Assembly (NCBI RefSeq): GCF_000025945.1
Contig: NC_006138.1
Coordinates: 1,890,001-1,922,000, forward strand
Source of the DNA: Desulfotalea psychrophila LSv54
GTDB taxonomy: Bacteria; Desulfobacterota; Desulfobulbia; Desulfobulbales; Desulfocapsaceae
Length of the DNA stretch: 32,000 nt
Direction: 5' to 3'
This document shows positions 17,448 to 27,364 of this stretch, one piece after another. Position 1 is the first letter of the stretch. Every line of letters begins with the position of its first letter. Made by a program: the position numbers and the translations under genes. The notes under the pieces are model-generated. The model made no database searches. It worked only from the letters and a program-made list of their open reading frames with translations, and had not been told where the DNA came from.

Positions 17448-18719
17448 TTATAGCTGGGCTAGGGCCTGCTTAAAATCGGCAATGATGTCATCTATTTTTT
17501 CAATACCAACACTTACCCGAATAAGCTGGGGCGTAATGCCTGCTTTTTCCAGGTCCTCGCTGCTGAGTTGGCGATGGGTCATGCTGGCAGGGTGGAGAAC
17601 GCCTGTTCTTACATCTGCCACATGAACAACAATTGCGGCGAGCTGGAGGGAATTCATTATTTTTTCTGCGTCCTGGGCTGATCCTTTTACGCCAAATGTT
17701 AAAACGCCACTACCCGCACTGAGGTATTTTTTGCAGAGGGCATAGTTGGAATCAGCTGGGAGCATGGGGTACTTTACCCATTCAACCTTGTCATGCCCGT
17801 CGAGGAACTCTGCTAAACGGAGAGCATTTTCAGAATGGCGCTCCATGCGTAGATGTAGGGTTTCAAGGCCAAGGTTGGAGAGAAATGCATTTTGTGGTGT
17901 TTGATAGCAACCAATATCACGGATCCACTGAACTCTTGCCTTAACAATGTATGCTGCCTTGCCAAATGTTTCTGTATAGGAGAGGCCATGGTAGGAGTCA
18001 TCGGGCTCAGTCAGGCCGGGGAATTTGCCGTTTGTCCAATCAAAATTTCCGGAATCAATGATAATACCACCCACACTGGTGGCGTGGCCGTCAATGTATT
18101 TTGTTGTTGAGTGGGTCACTATATCTGCGCCAAGCTCTATGGGGCGACAGAGAATTGGGGTAGGAAATGTATTGTCGACAATGAGAGGTACGCCCATTTC
18201 ATTTTTAATGGCGACAAATTTCTCAAAATCGAGCACGTCGGTACCGGGATTGGAGAGACTCTCACCGAAAATGAGTTTGGTATTGTCTTTAAAGGCAGCC
18301 TTTATCTCTTCGGGACTGGCGGCAGGGTCAACAAAGGTTACTTCGATGCCCCATTTCTTCATACTGTGTTTGAAGAGGTTAAATGTACCACCATAGAGGG
18401 TGGCAAGAGCAATAAAGTGATCACCTGCCTGGCAAATATTGATCACAGAAATTGTCGAGGCCGCCTGTCCGGAAGAAACAGCAAGGGCACCGACGCCACC
18501 CTCCATTGCTGCAATTTTATCCTCAAAGACCGCGACTGTTGGGTTGCTGATGCGCGAATACATGTGTCCGGCGGCCTTGAGATCAAAGAGATCTGCAATT
18601 GCCCCTGCTGTATCATACTTAAAAGTGGTGCTCTGGGCGATGGGAACAATACGTGGCTCACCATTTTTAGGCTCATAGCCTGCCTGTACTGCAAGTGTGT
18701 CAATATGCCAGTTCTTCAT
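17448..18719 (-). CDS. metY: O-acetylhomoserine sulfhydrylase (PLP-dependent, Cys/Met metabolism family)
   Basis: PLP-lysine motif HSTTKYIDGH. Contains the MetY-type insertion DWTNGKFPGLTEPDDSYHGLSYTETFGKAAYIVKARVQWIRDIG...NAFL...GLETLHLRMERHSENA. The start is placed at ATG 18719 (MKNWHIDTLAVQAGY, GAAGG 7 nt upstream). The track start at 18809 is a TTG lying almost on the predicted transcription start. Confidence 0.88.
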   Translation of the reverse strand: MKNWHIDTLAVQAGYEPKNGEPRIVPIAQSTTFKYDTAGAIADLFDLKAAGHMYSRISNPTVAVFEDKIAAMEGGVGALAVSSGQAASTISVINICQAGDHFIALATLYGGTFNLFKHSMKKWGIEVTFVDPAASPEEIKAAFKDNTKLIFGESLSNPGTDVLDFEKFVAIKNEMGVPLIVDNTFPTPILCRPIELGADIVTHSTTKYIDGHATSVGGIIIDSGNFDWTNGKFPGLTEPDDSYHGLSYTETFGKAAYIVKARVQWIRDIGCYQTPQNAFLSNLGLETLHLRMERHSENALRLAEFLDGHDKVEWVKYPMLPADSNYALCKKYLSAGSGVLTFGVKGSAQDAEKIMNSLQLAAIVVHVADVRTGVLHPASMTHRQLSSEDLEKAGITPQLIRVSVGIEKIDDIIADFKQALAQL

Positions 18720-18819
18720 AAATTGCCTTCTGTGGTTATGCCAACATTTCCCCCTCTGCTTGTCTGCAAAAGGGGTATTTTGTTGGCTTATGCTTGTCTT
18801 TTTTTTCAAGGAAAAGAAA

Positions 18820-18847
18820 ATTATAAACGATCTCTTTTATCTGTCAA
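18820..18847 (-). promoter_or_regulatory. Near-consensus sigma70 promoter for metY
   Basis: Minus strand reads TTGACA (18847-18842), 16-nt spacer, TATAAT (18825-18820). This predicts a leader of about 90-95 nt before ATG 18719. Confidence 0.55.
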
Positions 18848-19200
18848 CAAAGGAGAATAAAAAATGGTGCAAAAGCATATTTGCTTAAATAAAGTTTGCT
18901 CTTCCTCTTTTTTAGGCGATGAATATTCAGACAAGGGTCGGTTGATTTTTCGTCTCTTCTGTTGAAGAAGGCTATTTCGTAGAGCTGATGGCTCATTATT
19001 ATATACCTTAATAGATTGTTATAGTTATATATCTTTATATGACAGGTCTGTTTTTTTGTAGATGAATAGAGGCATGAGGAATGAGTTTTTACTGCGACTC
19101 TTTCGGGGAAAAAAGATGCTAAAAAGTGCTATTTTCGGTGGAAAACTGGCGAAAGATAGTATAAGGTGGGCGATCTTCGTTTTTTTCATCTATTTTCTGA

Positions 19201-19953
19201 ATGAATGGTGGTTTGATGGCCAGTTTGGTTGTTTTTTTTGCGTGGATGTTAGCGGGCTTTGTCAACAACATTGCGGGTTTTGGGGCTGCGATGGTTGCCA
19301 TGCCCATTATTGCTATATGGAGTGCCGTGGTTGGCGAGAGTATTAGTGTCGCTGTGCCAAGCTGTACTCTTATTGTTTTGGCCCTGAATGTACAACTTGC
19401 CTGGTCACATCGTAGCTATATTCAATGGGCTCGGTTGAAGTATCTTGTCATTGGCGGGATTTTTGGTACCGCAGTTGGCATAAAGGTTTTACCCCTGCTT
19501 TCCGAGACAGTCCTCCAACTCTCCATGGGAATTTTTCTTATACTCTATGGCGGTCTAGGCCTGATTCGTCGAGAAAAAAAACAGGTTGCCATAAGTTCAG
19601 TTTGGGGACTTTTGGCGGGTATCCTGTCAACGATACTGGGATTGGCCTTTGGCTTTAATGGACCACCTCTTGCTGTCTATGTGGCTCTTACCCGTTGGCC
19701 GCAGGAGGCAGTTAAGGGGATTTTAAGTGCAGCCTTTATTCTTTCCTGCCTGATAATTCTTGTTGGCCAGATATTGACAGGCCTGCAAACTCTCACAACA
19801 TTTTTAACATTTCTACTTGCCCTGCCTGGGGTACTCTGTGGTGGTTTTGTGGGAATCAGGGTGTCGAAGCGATTAGGTGAGCGCTCCTATAGAACTATTA
19901 TTTTTGTCGGTCTTATCTTTATGGGACTTTCTCTGCTTGTGGCTGCGTTTTAA
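19201..19953 (+). CDS. TauE/SafE (TSUP, DUF81) family anion/sulfite-type exporter permease
   Basis: 250-aa polytopic ORF. N-terminal AWMLAGFVNNIAGFGAAMVAMPI is the family-typical start, and the two-halves architecture is present. The start could instead be ATG 19216 (GGTGG upstream). Confidence 0.8.
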   Translation: MNGGLMASLVVFFAWMLAGFVNNIAGFGAAMVAMPIIAIWSAVVGESISVAVPSCTLIVLALNVQLAWSHRSYIQWARLKYLVIGGIFGTAVGIKVLPLLSETVLQLSMGIFLILYGGLGLIRREKKQVAISSVWGLLAGILSTILGLAFGFNGPPLAVYVALTRWPQEAVKGILSAAFILSCLIILVGQILTGLQTLTTFLTFLLALPGVLCGGFVGIRVSKRLGERSYRTIIFVGLIFMGLSLLVAAF

Positions 19954-20022
19954 CTTTAGTCTAAAGTGTTGATATATTTGTTTTAAATGTTTTATTAGTT
20001 AATAACTAAAAGGAAGGGAATT

Positions 20023-21729
20023 ATGCGAAAAAGAGTTTTATTGTTTCTGACTGTGACAGCTTTGGTGGCAATTTGCCAACCAGCATGGGCAGCAGATTCG
20101 AGTCTTGGACCCCAGAATGCGGTAAAATTTGGTCTTTTTACCCTTGTACCACCGCTTGTTGCCATTGTTCTGGCCTTTATTACCAGAAACGTAGTGATAT
20201 CTCTATTTCTCGGTGTGTTTTCCGGCGCTCTGATGCTTGAGACTAAGGGCCTTGATCTCTATCATGGCTTTTTGAATGGTTTCTTGCGTGTCTCCAATGA
20301 AATTCTTTCCTCCCTTGCAGATTCTTGGAACGCGGGTATTATTCTCCAGTGTTTGGCTATTGGTGGCTTGATTGCCCTCGTCTCTAAGATGGGTGGGGCT
20401 AAGGCCATTGCCGAGGCCCTTTCAAAGAAGGCAACAAGCCCAAGAAGTTCACAGTTTGTTACCTGGGTACTTGGTCTGTTTATCTTTTTTGATGACTATG
20501 CAAACTCACTGACTGTGGGTCCTATTATGCGTCCTGTAACCGATAAGATGAAGGTTTCCCGTGAGAAACTTGCCTTTATTATTGATGCAACGGCAGCTCC
20601 CATTGCCGGCATAGCCCTTATCTCTACCTGGGTTGCCTATGAGGTGGGTTTGATTCGTGATGGACTGCAGGGGATTGGGCTTGAAATAAATGCCTATGGA
20701 CTTTTTGTCGAGACCATTCCTTACCGTTTCTATAACATCTTAATCCTCTTTTTTATCATTGGTACTATTTGGTTCATGCGTGAGTTTGGCCCAATGTATA
20801 AGGCAGAGCAGCGTGCCAGAACCACCGGTAAGCTACTTGCTGACGATGCAAAACCAATGGTGGCTGATGAGGCAACAGATTTAGAGCCGGATCCTGATGT
20901 TAAGGCCAGTATCTGGTATGCAATTATTCCAATTGGTACCCTTATTGTCGCTGCCTTTCTCGGCTTCTATTTTAACGGTTACGGATCGGTAATGGCTGGA
21001 GGTAATGCTGCTCTTGTTACCCTGTTAAAAAATGATCCAATGAGCTTTTTGGCAGTACGAGAGGCCTTTGGCGCCTCCGATGCCTCCGTTGTGCTCTTTC
21101 AGGCAGCGCTTATTGCTGGCCTTGTTGCCATGGTAATTGCCGTAGGAAAAAGAATTCTCAGCATGGAACAGGCGGTTTCTACCTGGATTCAGGGAGTGAA
21201 ATCTTTGAATATTACCGCCGTTATCCTCCTGCTTGCCTGGTCTCTTTCCGGTATGATTAAGGAGCTCGGCACCGCATCCTATCTTGTTACCGTTCTTTCC
21301 GATGCAATCCCTGTATTTCTGCTCCCTGCAATTGTCTTTATTATGGGTTCAGTTATATCCTTTGCAACGGGAACATCCTACGGAACAATGGGTATTTTAA
21401 TGCCACTCTGTATTCCGCTTGCCTATGCGCTCTCTCCAGATCATTCATACCTTATTCTCAATGTGAGTGCGGTATTGACCGGCGCTATTTTTGGCGATCA
21501 CTGTTCCCCTATCTCGGATACAACGATTCTCTCCTCCATGGGTTCTGCCTGTGATCATATTGATCACACCAGAACACAGCTTTATTATGCGGTTCCCGTA
21601 GCGCTTATTGCCATTTTCTTTGGATATATCCCGGCAGGTCTTGGTATGCCTATTCTTTTGGTACTTCCCATTTCGATTCTGGCTGTTTTTGTCCTCATAC
21701 GCGTTGTTGGCAAGCCGGTAAGCAATTAG
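20023..21729 (+). CDS. NhaC-family (Na+/H+ antiporter superfamily) transporter; substrate unknown
   Basis: 568-aa polytopic ORF. SD AAGGAAGGG. Family block FDDYANSLTVGPIMRPVTDKMKVSREKLAFIIDATAAPIAG. N-terminal signal-like segment ending AWA-ADS. Confidence 0.85.
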   Translation: MRKRVLLFLTVTALVAICQPAWAADSSLGPQNAVKFGLFTLVPPLVAIVLAFITRNVVISLFLGVFSGALMLETKGLDLYHGFLNGFLRVSNEILSSLADSWNAGIILQCLAIGGLIALVSKMGGAKAIAEALSKKATSPRSSQFVTWVLGLFIFFDDYANSLTVGPIMRPVTDKMKVSREKLAFIIDATAAPIAGIALISTWVAYEVGLIRDGLQGIGLEINAYGLFVETIPYRFYNILILFFIIGTIWFMREFGPMYKAEQRARTTGKLLADDAKPMVADEATDLEPDPDVKASIWYAIIPIGTLIVAAFLGFYFNGYGSVMAGGNAALVTLLKNDPMSFLAVREAFGASDASVVLFQAALIAGLVAMVIAVGKRILSMEQAVSTWIQGVKSLNITAVILLLAWSLSGMIKELGTASYLVTVLSDAIPVFLLPAIVFIMGSVISFATGTSYGTMGILMPLCIPLAYALSPDHSYLILNVSAVLTGAIFGDHCSPISDTTILSSMGSACDHIDHTRTQLYYAVPVALIAIFFGYIPAGLGMPILLVLPISILAVFVLIRVVGKPVSN

Positions 21730-21751
21730 TCCTGTAATTTTGTCTGGTATC

Positions 21752-21788
21752 AAGCCCTTTGAAGATTTCTTCAAAGGGCTTTTTTTTG
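21752..21788 (+). terminator. Strong intrinsic terminator after the NhaC-family gene
   Basis: AAGCCCTTTGAAG (21752-21764), loop ATTT, CTTCAAAGGGCTT (21769-21781). A perfect 13-bp stem followed by a T-run. Confidence 0.88.
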
Positions 21789-21877
21789 TTTTTGTCCTAT
21801 GACATTATGTAGATAATGATTAATTTGTTTTTGTTCCTGGTTCTAATAACTATTAAAGAGATAGATGCGGCATAACT

Positions 21878-22663
21878 ATGAAAAATTATTATGAAATACT
21901 GGGGCTTGATAAAGACTGTACGAGCGATGAGTTACGACGAAAATATCGCAAGCTTGCCATGAAGTATCACCCTGACCAGAACCCTGATAATCCCGAGTTT
22001 CAAGAAAAATTTAAGGAGATTGCCGAGGCCTATGGTGTCCTCAGTGATTCCAAAAAACGACAGGAGTACGATAGATTTGGGGCCGCAGGAGGTGGTTTTG
22101 GTGCCGGCACCACCGGCTTCTCCTATAGCCAGGAAGAAATTTTTCGTGATCTGTTCAATGATCCCCAGTTCCAGCAGATGTTCAGTACCATTTTAGGTGA
22201 GTTTCAGAAATCCGGTCTGCGTTCAAATCCTGAATTTGTCCAAAAGAGTTTTTTTGGTAAACGGGGTGGAATGTTTCTTGGTGGGGTAATGTTTTTGGGC
22301 TCTCTGGCAGGCCAGGTAGCAAAGGCAAAGATAAAAGAAAAACTTCCAAATAAAGAAACCGTTATGCGTTCTCTAGGCCGGCGGGTGGGAAATTTTCTTG
22401 GCTACGGCGAGGAGAAAAAAAAGGTAGCTGAACAGCTACCCTTATCCGGTGATATTGCCTATACTTTGGAGCTTAGTCTGGAAGAGATGAGAGTAGGAAA
22501 GACCGTGGAGATCTCTGTGCCTCATTCCGGGGGTGAAGAGCATTTTAAGGTGCAGGTTCCTGCCGGCTCAACTGTTGGGCAAAAGTTGCGTCTGCGGGGT
22601 CGTGGTGCCGAGTCGAGTCAGGGTAGGGGCGATCTATATCTTGAGCTTGGCCTGCCTGGCTGA
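21878..22663 (+). CDS. J-domain co-chaperone (DnaJ/CbpA-like, no zinc finger, single C-terminal substrate-binding repeat)
   Basis: 261-aa ORF. J domain NYYEILGL...KYHPDQN...AYGVLSD..KRQEYD. Gly/Phe-rich stretch, one hydrophobic segment ([16 protein letters not shown]), then a DnaJ CTD-like block ([17 protein letters not shown]...[19 protein letters not shown]...GDLYLEL). Confidence 0.82.
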   Translation: MKNYYEILGLDKDCTSDELRRKYRKLAMKYHPDQNPDNPEFQEKFKEIAEAYGVLSDSKKRQEYDRFGAAGGGFGAGTTGFSYSQEEIFRDLFNDPQFQQMFSTILGEFQKSGLRSNPEFVQKSFFGKRGGMFLGGVMFLGSLAGQVAKAKIKEKLPNKETVMRSLGRRVGNFLGYGEEKKKVAEQLPLSGDIAYTLELSLEEMRVGKTVEISVPHSGGEEHFKVQVPAGSTVGQKLRLRGRGAESSQGRGDLYLELGLPG

Positions 22664-25201
22664 TATTCCTTCAAAGAGGAGGCGTTTCTCTTTGGGGAGG
22701 AGAGGGTTATCCGCTCTTTTCTCCAGTCCCTCTATCCGGTAGCGGCCATCTTTTATTTGGATATTTATGGTGGTGTTATTGGCTGTTAGATAGTAGGGAA
22801 GCAGGAGTCTGTTCAGCCGGGCTATTATTTTTTGATGGGGGAAAGACTCTCTGCGGCTGGGGCTTGAGGAGATGATGATGGCTCCGGGAGCAACGGCTCG
22901 TAAAAAATCCTCTGTGCTTGACGTCTTGGAACCATGATGACTGGCAAGTAGTATATCAGAATGGATATTTTGCTTAAGTAAGGCTTTTTCCGCTTTGGCA
23001 TGAATGTCTCCTGGAAAGAGAGCCGTGATGCCTCCCAACTTTGCCTGCAGGATAATACCCATATTTCTTGCCACTCTCTTGCCCTCTTTCTCTCTGCCAG
23101 CAAAATTATAGATACACGAGATAAGGCCTTTGCCAAAGGTGAAGGTGTCTCCCTGCTGGGCAATAATTACCTCTATTCCTTTCGCCTCTGCCTCTTGGAT
23201 AAGAGCGGAAAATCTTACCCCGTAACCTAAACGACTGGCAACAATGATCTTTTTGATGCCGAAATGCTTCAGTAAGAAGGGCAGGCCATTTGTGTGATCG
23301 CTGTCGCCATGGCTTACAAAAATGGCATCGAGGTTCGAAATTCCCCTATACCAGAGAAAGGGGGCAATAACCCTACTGCCAACTCCCGGTTGCAGATAGG
23401 CAGAACCGCCTCCGTCTATAAGTACCCTGTAGCCACCTTCCATCTCTAAAAGAGTTGCACTTCCCTGGCCAACATCGATGAAGCTGATAGAGTTTGTTCT
23501 CTGTAGAGAATTGAGGATGCCTGTGCTTGGTAGCCAGAGGAGGAGGAAGGCTGCGCCGATGAGTATAGAGGCAAGAACTGTCCCCCCTCTCCATAGGCCT
23601 CTTAAAAGTAAGAGGATGAAACCGAAATAGTAGAGTACTATCAGCCAGATGGCAGGTGTGGTTGTCCATATCTGGACAAAGGGTAGCCTGGCACAGAGGT
23701 CGGTGAAGGAGATACTGAGGAGGAGTCCCCATCCTCCCATATGTAGTAAAATTTCACTGAGGCCGGGGAGGATATATTTAAGGGGGATGGCGAGGATGCC
23801 AAGGGGCAAGCTCCAGAGACAGATAAGTGGTTCGGCAATGAGGTTGGTGATCGGGCCAATGAGGGATATGCGATTAAAGTGGAAGAGAGAGAGGGGGAGG
23901 ATTGCCAGAGTGGCAACCGTTGAAACGAGTAGGGCGGCTAGGATGATATTTTTGCTGATGAGTAACCATGAAATTGCACGACTTGTCTCCTTTGGTGGGG
24001 GGAGGAGGCGCTTTTGTAGTTGAGGGATGACAAGGGAGATGCCCACCACCGCCGCAAAGGAGAGTTGGAATGATGCCGTAAAAATTTGCTGTGGATGAGA
24101 GAGGAGGATCAGTAGTGCTGCGCAGGCAATGAGGGTGATAGGTGATTTTTTTCTATCAATGCACAGGGCAAAGAGGACAAGGCTTATCATGATAACTGCT
24201 CGGACCACTGGGGTATTTGTTCCCGTTATTAGTGAATATAAGAGGAGAAAGGGCAGACAGGTGAACGCTGCTATCTTGTGAATATCATAGTGGAGTAATA
24301 TATGGTTTGATTGTCGCAGGCAAAAAAGTATCAGGCCATAGAGCAGGGAAAAAATAATGGCCATATGCAGACCTGAAATTGCCAGGATATGCATGAGCCC
24401 ACATGTTTTGAAATTTTCCAGGACCGGTGTTGGAATAAGAGCACGGTCTCCCAAGAGGATGGCGCGGTATAATCCCGCAGTTGCAGGTTCTGTTTTGTCG
24501 ATAAATTCTCCAAAATCAGAGCGGATTCTCTCGGCAAGATAGAAGATGTTTGGTTTCGGGGATTGGGGGAGATTTTCTTTGTTAATTTTGCCAATGTGGA
24601 GGGGAGAGGCAATAGAGCCGGTGATCCAAATATCCTTTCTGGCCAAAAAAAGAGGATAGCTGAAGATACCTGCACCCTCATAGCCAACGGGCTTTTTGCA
24701 TTTTGCCCGGATGGCCACCATCTCTCCCGGTTTGATTTCCTCGGGCCATTTACCCTGCAGATAAAGGGATATTTTTCCTCTGGTTGGTGTCAGATTTTTT
24801 TTCAGGGGGTATTGGATATAAAGTCCATCCAGCAGGACCTTGGTGACGTGAGGAGAGGAGATTACCATGGAGTCCAAAACGCCAATGAGGGTAAGCTCTT
24901 GCGGAGTAGATATCTTCTCTCTTATATGGAGAGGATTTCTGGGCCCCAGGGCCGTTTGCTGGGTCTGGAGTATGCCGAGGAGAAAAAACAGGAGACAAAT
25001 GCTGAGCAGGCTTGCTGTTTTGTTCCGTAAAAAAAGAATCAGGACGGCCAGGCCGAGGAAGGCTATGCGGGTAGGGTCCACTCCGAGCAGATTGTATGTG
25101 CCGAGTAATATACCGAGACTGTAGGCAATGACAACAGCCGTGAGCAGGTAATAGCTTACCAGCCCTGTGAGAGTCTTTTTTGTTTTGTGATAGGGGAGCA
25201 C
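22634..25201 (-). CDS. comEC: DNA internalisation competence protein ComEC/Rec2 with a C-terminal metallo-beta-lactamase domain
   Basis: 855-aa ORF with a GTG start. Competence-domain motif [13 protein letters not shown]. Polytopic core. MBL block [13 protein letters not shown] ... VSHGDSDH ... ASHHGS. Confidence 0.9.
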   Translation of the reverse strand: MLPYHKTKKTLTGLVSYYLLTAVVIAYSLGILLGTYNLLGVDPTRIAFLGLAVLILFLRNKTASLLSICLLFFLLGILQTQQTALGPRNPLHIREKISTPQELTLIGVLDSMVISSPHVTKVLLDGLYIQYPLKKNLTPTRGKISLYLQGKWPEEIKPGEMVAIRAKCKKPVGYEGAGIFSYPLFLARKDIWITGSIASPLHIGKINKENLPQSPKPNIFYLAERIRSDFGEFIDKTEPATAGLYRAILLGDRALIPTPVLENFKTCGLMHILAISGLHMAIIFSLLYGLILFCLRQSNHILLHYDIHKIAAFTCLPFLLLYSLITGTNTPVVRAVIMISLVLFALCIDRKKSPITLIACAALLILLSHPQQIFTASFQLSFAAVVGISLVIPQLQKRLLPPPKETSRAISWLLISKNIILAALLVSTVATLAILPLSLFHFNRISLIGPITNLIAEPLICLWSLPLGILAIPLKYILPGLSEILLHMGGWGLLLSISFTDLCARLPFVQIWTTTPAIWLIVLYYFGFILLLLRGLWRGGTVLASILIGAAFLLLWLPSTGILNSLQRTNSISFIDVGQGSATLLEMEGGYRVLIDGGGSAYLQPGVGSRVIAPFLWYRGISNLDAIFVSHGDSDHTNGLPFLLKHFGIKKIIVASRLGYGVRFSALIQEAEAKGIEVIIAQQGDTFTFGKGLISCIYNFAGREKEGKRVARNMGIILQAKLGGITALFPGDIHAKAEKALLKQNIHSDILLASHHGSKTSSTEDFLRAVAPGAIIISSSPSRRESFPHQKIIARLNRLLLPYYLTANNTTINIQIKDGRYRIEGLEKRADNPLLPKEKRLLFEGISARQAKLKI

Positions 25202-25263
25202 GGCCGCCTCAAGAAGATTGTGTGTCCCCTTAGTTTGGCATAGAAAAAATAAAAAGGGTAATC

Positions 25264-26538
25264 TTATCCATCAAGCAGTTGCCTGATATAGTGCATATGC
25301 CTTGGGATTACGCCCTGTTGTTTCTCGATGCATCGATGGGCCGCATCGCCCATCTCCTTCCTCCTTGTCTTAGACTGGAGAAGCTGATTGCAAAGACTTA
25401 CCAAGGTTTGCTCAGAAACCTCCAGTGCGCCACCTGTCTCCAGGAGGAGCTGCCGTATTTCCCTGAAATCAGACATGTGTTTTCCAAAAAGTACGGGGAT
25501 ATTCATCAGGGCGGGTTCTATGGGATTGTGCCCACCGTAATCGATAAGACTTCCTCCCACAAAGGCGATTTGGCCCAGCTTGTAAAAGTGGATGAGTTCT
25601 CCGAGGCTGTCGACTATCAGGACATCGCTCTCCTCTGAGATATTTTCAGATCTCCTGTTGGCGCTGAGACTGAGTTCTCTGGCCTTTTTTTGGATTTCTG
25701 CACCGCAGCTGATGTTACGTGGAGCAATAATGAGGCGGGCATTTTTGTTCTCTGTGATAATTTCCCTGAATGCCTGGAGGATGATATCTTCTTCTCCGGG
25801 ATGGGTCGATCCTGCTATAATAAGCTGTTTTTCCCTTGCCAGACGGACAAAGAAATCTGGTAGTGGATTTTTCTTTTTATTGAGAACTGTGTCGAATTTC
25901 AGATTGCCCAAGGTCAGTATTTTTTCCGGACTGATCCCTAAGGAAAGCATGTTTTTTCGATCATTTTCTGTCTGCATAGAGAGGAAGGCGAAGTTTTTAA
26001 AGATGGGTTGAAAGAAGAGGTGAAAGCGTCTATAACGTGCCATTGATTTTTCTGATATTCTTCCATTTACCAGAATTTGTGGGATCTTTTTGCGCCTTAA
26101 GATGGTGGAGAGGTTGGGCCAGAAATCTGTTTCTACCTGAATATAAATATCCGGCTGTATTCTCTGCACAAAGAGATAAACAGCAGGTAGTATGTCAATG
26201 GGAGAACTGATAATGCTATCAACGTAGGGAGAGGCGACCGTCTCGGCAAGTTTTTTGCCTGAGCTTGTGCTCACTGTCATAATGATTCTGGCCCGAGGCA
26301 TATTCTGGCGTAGGGCGATGATGAGGGGAAGTACTGAGGTGACTTCGCCCACGGAGAGGGCATGGAGCCAGATGCACTTCTCTCCTGCCTGACCGGTGCT
26401 TATTGTCTTCTTGATCCCATAGCCTAAACGTTTTGGCATGGTAGTTCTGTATTTTTTCTTGGCCCAGATAAATAAAATTATAAGAGGCCATAGGCAGAGC
26501 AAGACGATAAGTTGTAGTATATTGTAGAATAAAATCAT
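25264..26538 (-). CDS. waaA: 3-deoxy-D-manno-octulosonic acid (KDO) transferase
   Basis: 424-aa ORF. N-terminal anchor, WLHALSVGEV, and the C-terminal GGSLIDYGGHNPIEPA motif. Confidence 0.92.
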   Translation of the reverse strand: MILFYNILQLIVLLCLWPLIILFIWAKKKYRTTMPKRLGYGIKKTISTGQAGEKCIWLHALSVGEVTSVLPLIIALRQNMPRARIIMTVSTSSGKKLAETVASPYVDSIISSPIDILPAVYLFVQRIQPDIYIQVETDFWPNLSTILRRKKIPQILVNGRISEKSMARYRRFHLFFQPIFKNFAFLSMQTENDRKNMLSLGISPEKILTLGNLKFDTVLNKKKNPLPDFFVRLAREKQLIIAGSTHPGEEDIILQAFREIITENKNARLIIAPRNISCGAEIQKKARELSLSANRRSENISEESDVLIVDSLGELIHFYKLGQIAFVGGSLIDYGGHNPIEPALMNIPVLFGKHMSDFREIRQLLLETGGALEVSEQTLVSLCNQLLQSKTRRKEMGDAAHRCIEKQQGVIPRHMHYIRQLLDG

Positions 26539-26596
26539 GTTGTTGTTGTGAAGTGATTATCTGAAAATTAAATTTTCCCCTGAGCCCTAAATTGTC

Positions 26597-27364
26597 ATGA
26601 ATATAATACTTTTTGAAGAAAAAGAAATCAGTAGTACTTATCATATCCAAATTACCGATCATCGGGCAAAGCATATTGTTAAGGTCCTGCGTTCTCAGGT
26701 GGGGGACAGGGTGCGGGTAGGGGTGATAGATGGTGGTCGTGGAATGGCAAAAATAGTTGCTATTAAGCCAAAATTTCCATTCTCTGTGGACCTTGATATT
26801 CAGCTTGAGACGACTCTTCCAGAAGAGAAACCAGTTATTGATCTTGTTCTTGCCCTGCCTCGACCTATTATGCTGCGGAGGATATTGAGTCAGGTGACCA
26901 GTCTGGGAGTAGGGCGTATCTTTTTAATTGATAGCCAGCGGGTGGAAAAAAGCTTTTGGCAGGCGAGTCTCTTGCAGAATGAACAGTATCGTGAACATCT
27001 GCTTATAGGACTTGAACAGGCAGTGGCAACGCGTCTGCCCGAGGTAAGCATCTATCCTAAATTTAAGGGGTTTATGGATGAGTTATTGGTCAAAGACCTT
27101 GATGACTATTCTGCTTTGATTGTGGCCGATCCTGCAGGAACAAACACTTTTTCCGAGGCCCTTCGGCAGGCAGGTGGTTCCCTGAGGCAGGGTGGCAGGG
27201 TTTTGCTCTGTGTTGGTCCGGAGGGTGGTTGGGTGCCAGCAGAAGTGGATCAATTTTCAGGCTGTGGTTTTTCCATCTGTACTATTGGTGAGCGTATCTT
27301 GAAGGTCGATACTGCAGTTATTGCTTTGCATAGTAGAATTATGGCATTGCGAGAAATCCTCTGA
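26597..27364 (+). CDS. rsmE: 16S rRNA (uracil1498-N3)-methyltransferase RsmE family
   Basis: 255-aa ORF. N-terminal PUA-like segment (DHRAKHIVKVLRSQVGDRV) and the SPOUT knot region CVGPEGGW...E...ERILKVDTA. Confidence 0.82.
   Translation: MNIILFEEKEISSTYHIQITDHRAKHIVKVLRSQVGDRVRVGVIDGGRGMAKIVAIKPKFPFSVDLDIQLETTLPEEKPVIDLVLALPRPIMLRRILSQVTSLGVGRIFLIDSQRVEKSFWQASLLQNEQYREHLLIGLEQAVATRLPEVSIYPKFKGFMDELLVKDLDDYSALIVADPAGTNTFSEALRQAGGSLRQGGRVLLCVGPEGGWVPAEVDQFSGCGFSICTIGERILKVDTAVIALHSRIMALREIL

Noticed and set aside
18111-18860. 249-aa plus-strand ORF and other antisense ORFs over metY
   Set aside because: They are antisense to a motif-rich PLP enzyme gene and have no motifs of their own.
18720-18960. 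SAM-I (S-box) riboswitch upstream of metY
   Set aside because: I could not find the conserved AUCAAGAG / GGUGCUAA-type core elements on the minus strand. Only a generic nested hairpin is present (reported separately at low interest).
19062-19346. 94-aa plus-strand ORF overlapping the TauE-family start
   Set aside because: It is in a different frame from the well-supported permease ORF and looks like a hydrophobic or odd read-through of the same region.
22825-25124. Multiple 60-155-aa ORFs on both strands inside comEC
   Set aside because: All are nested in or antisense to the 855-aa ComEC frame, which carries recognisable motifs throughout.
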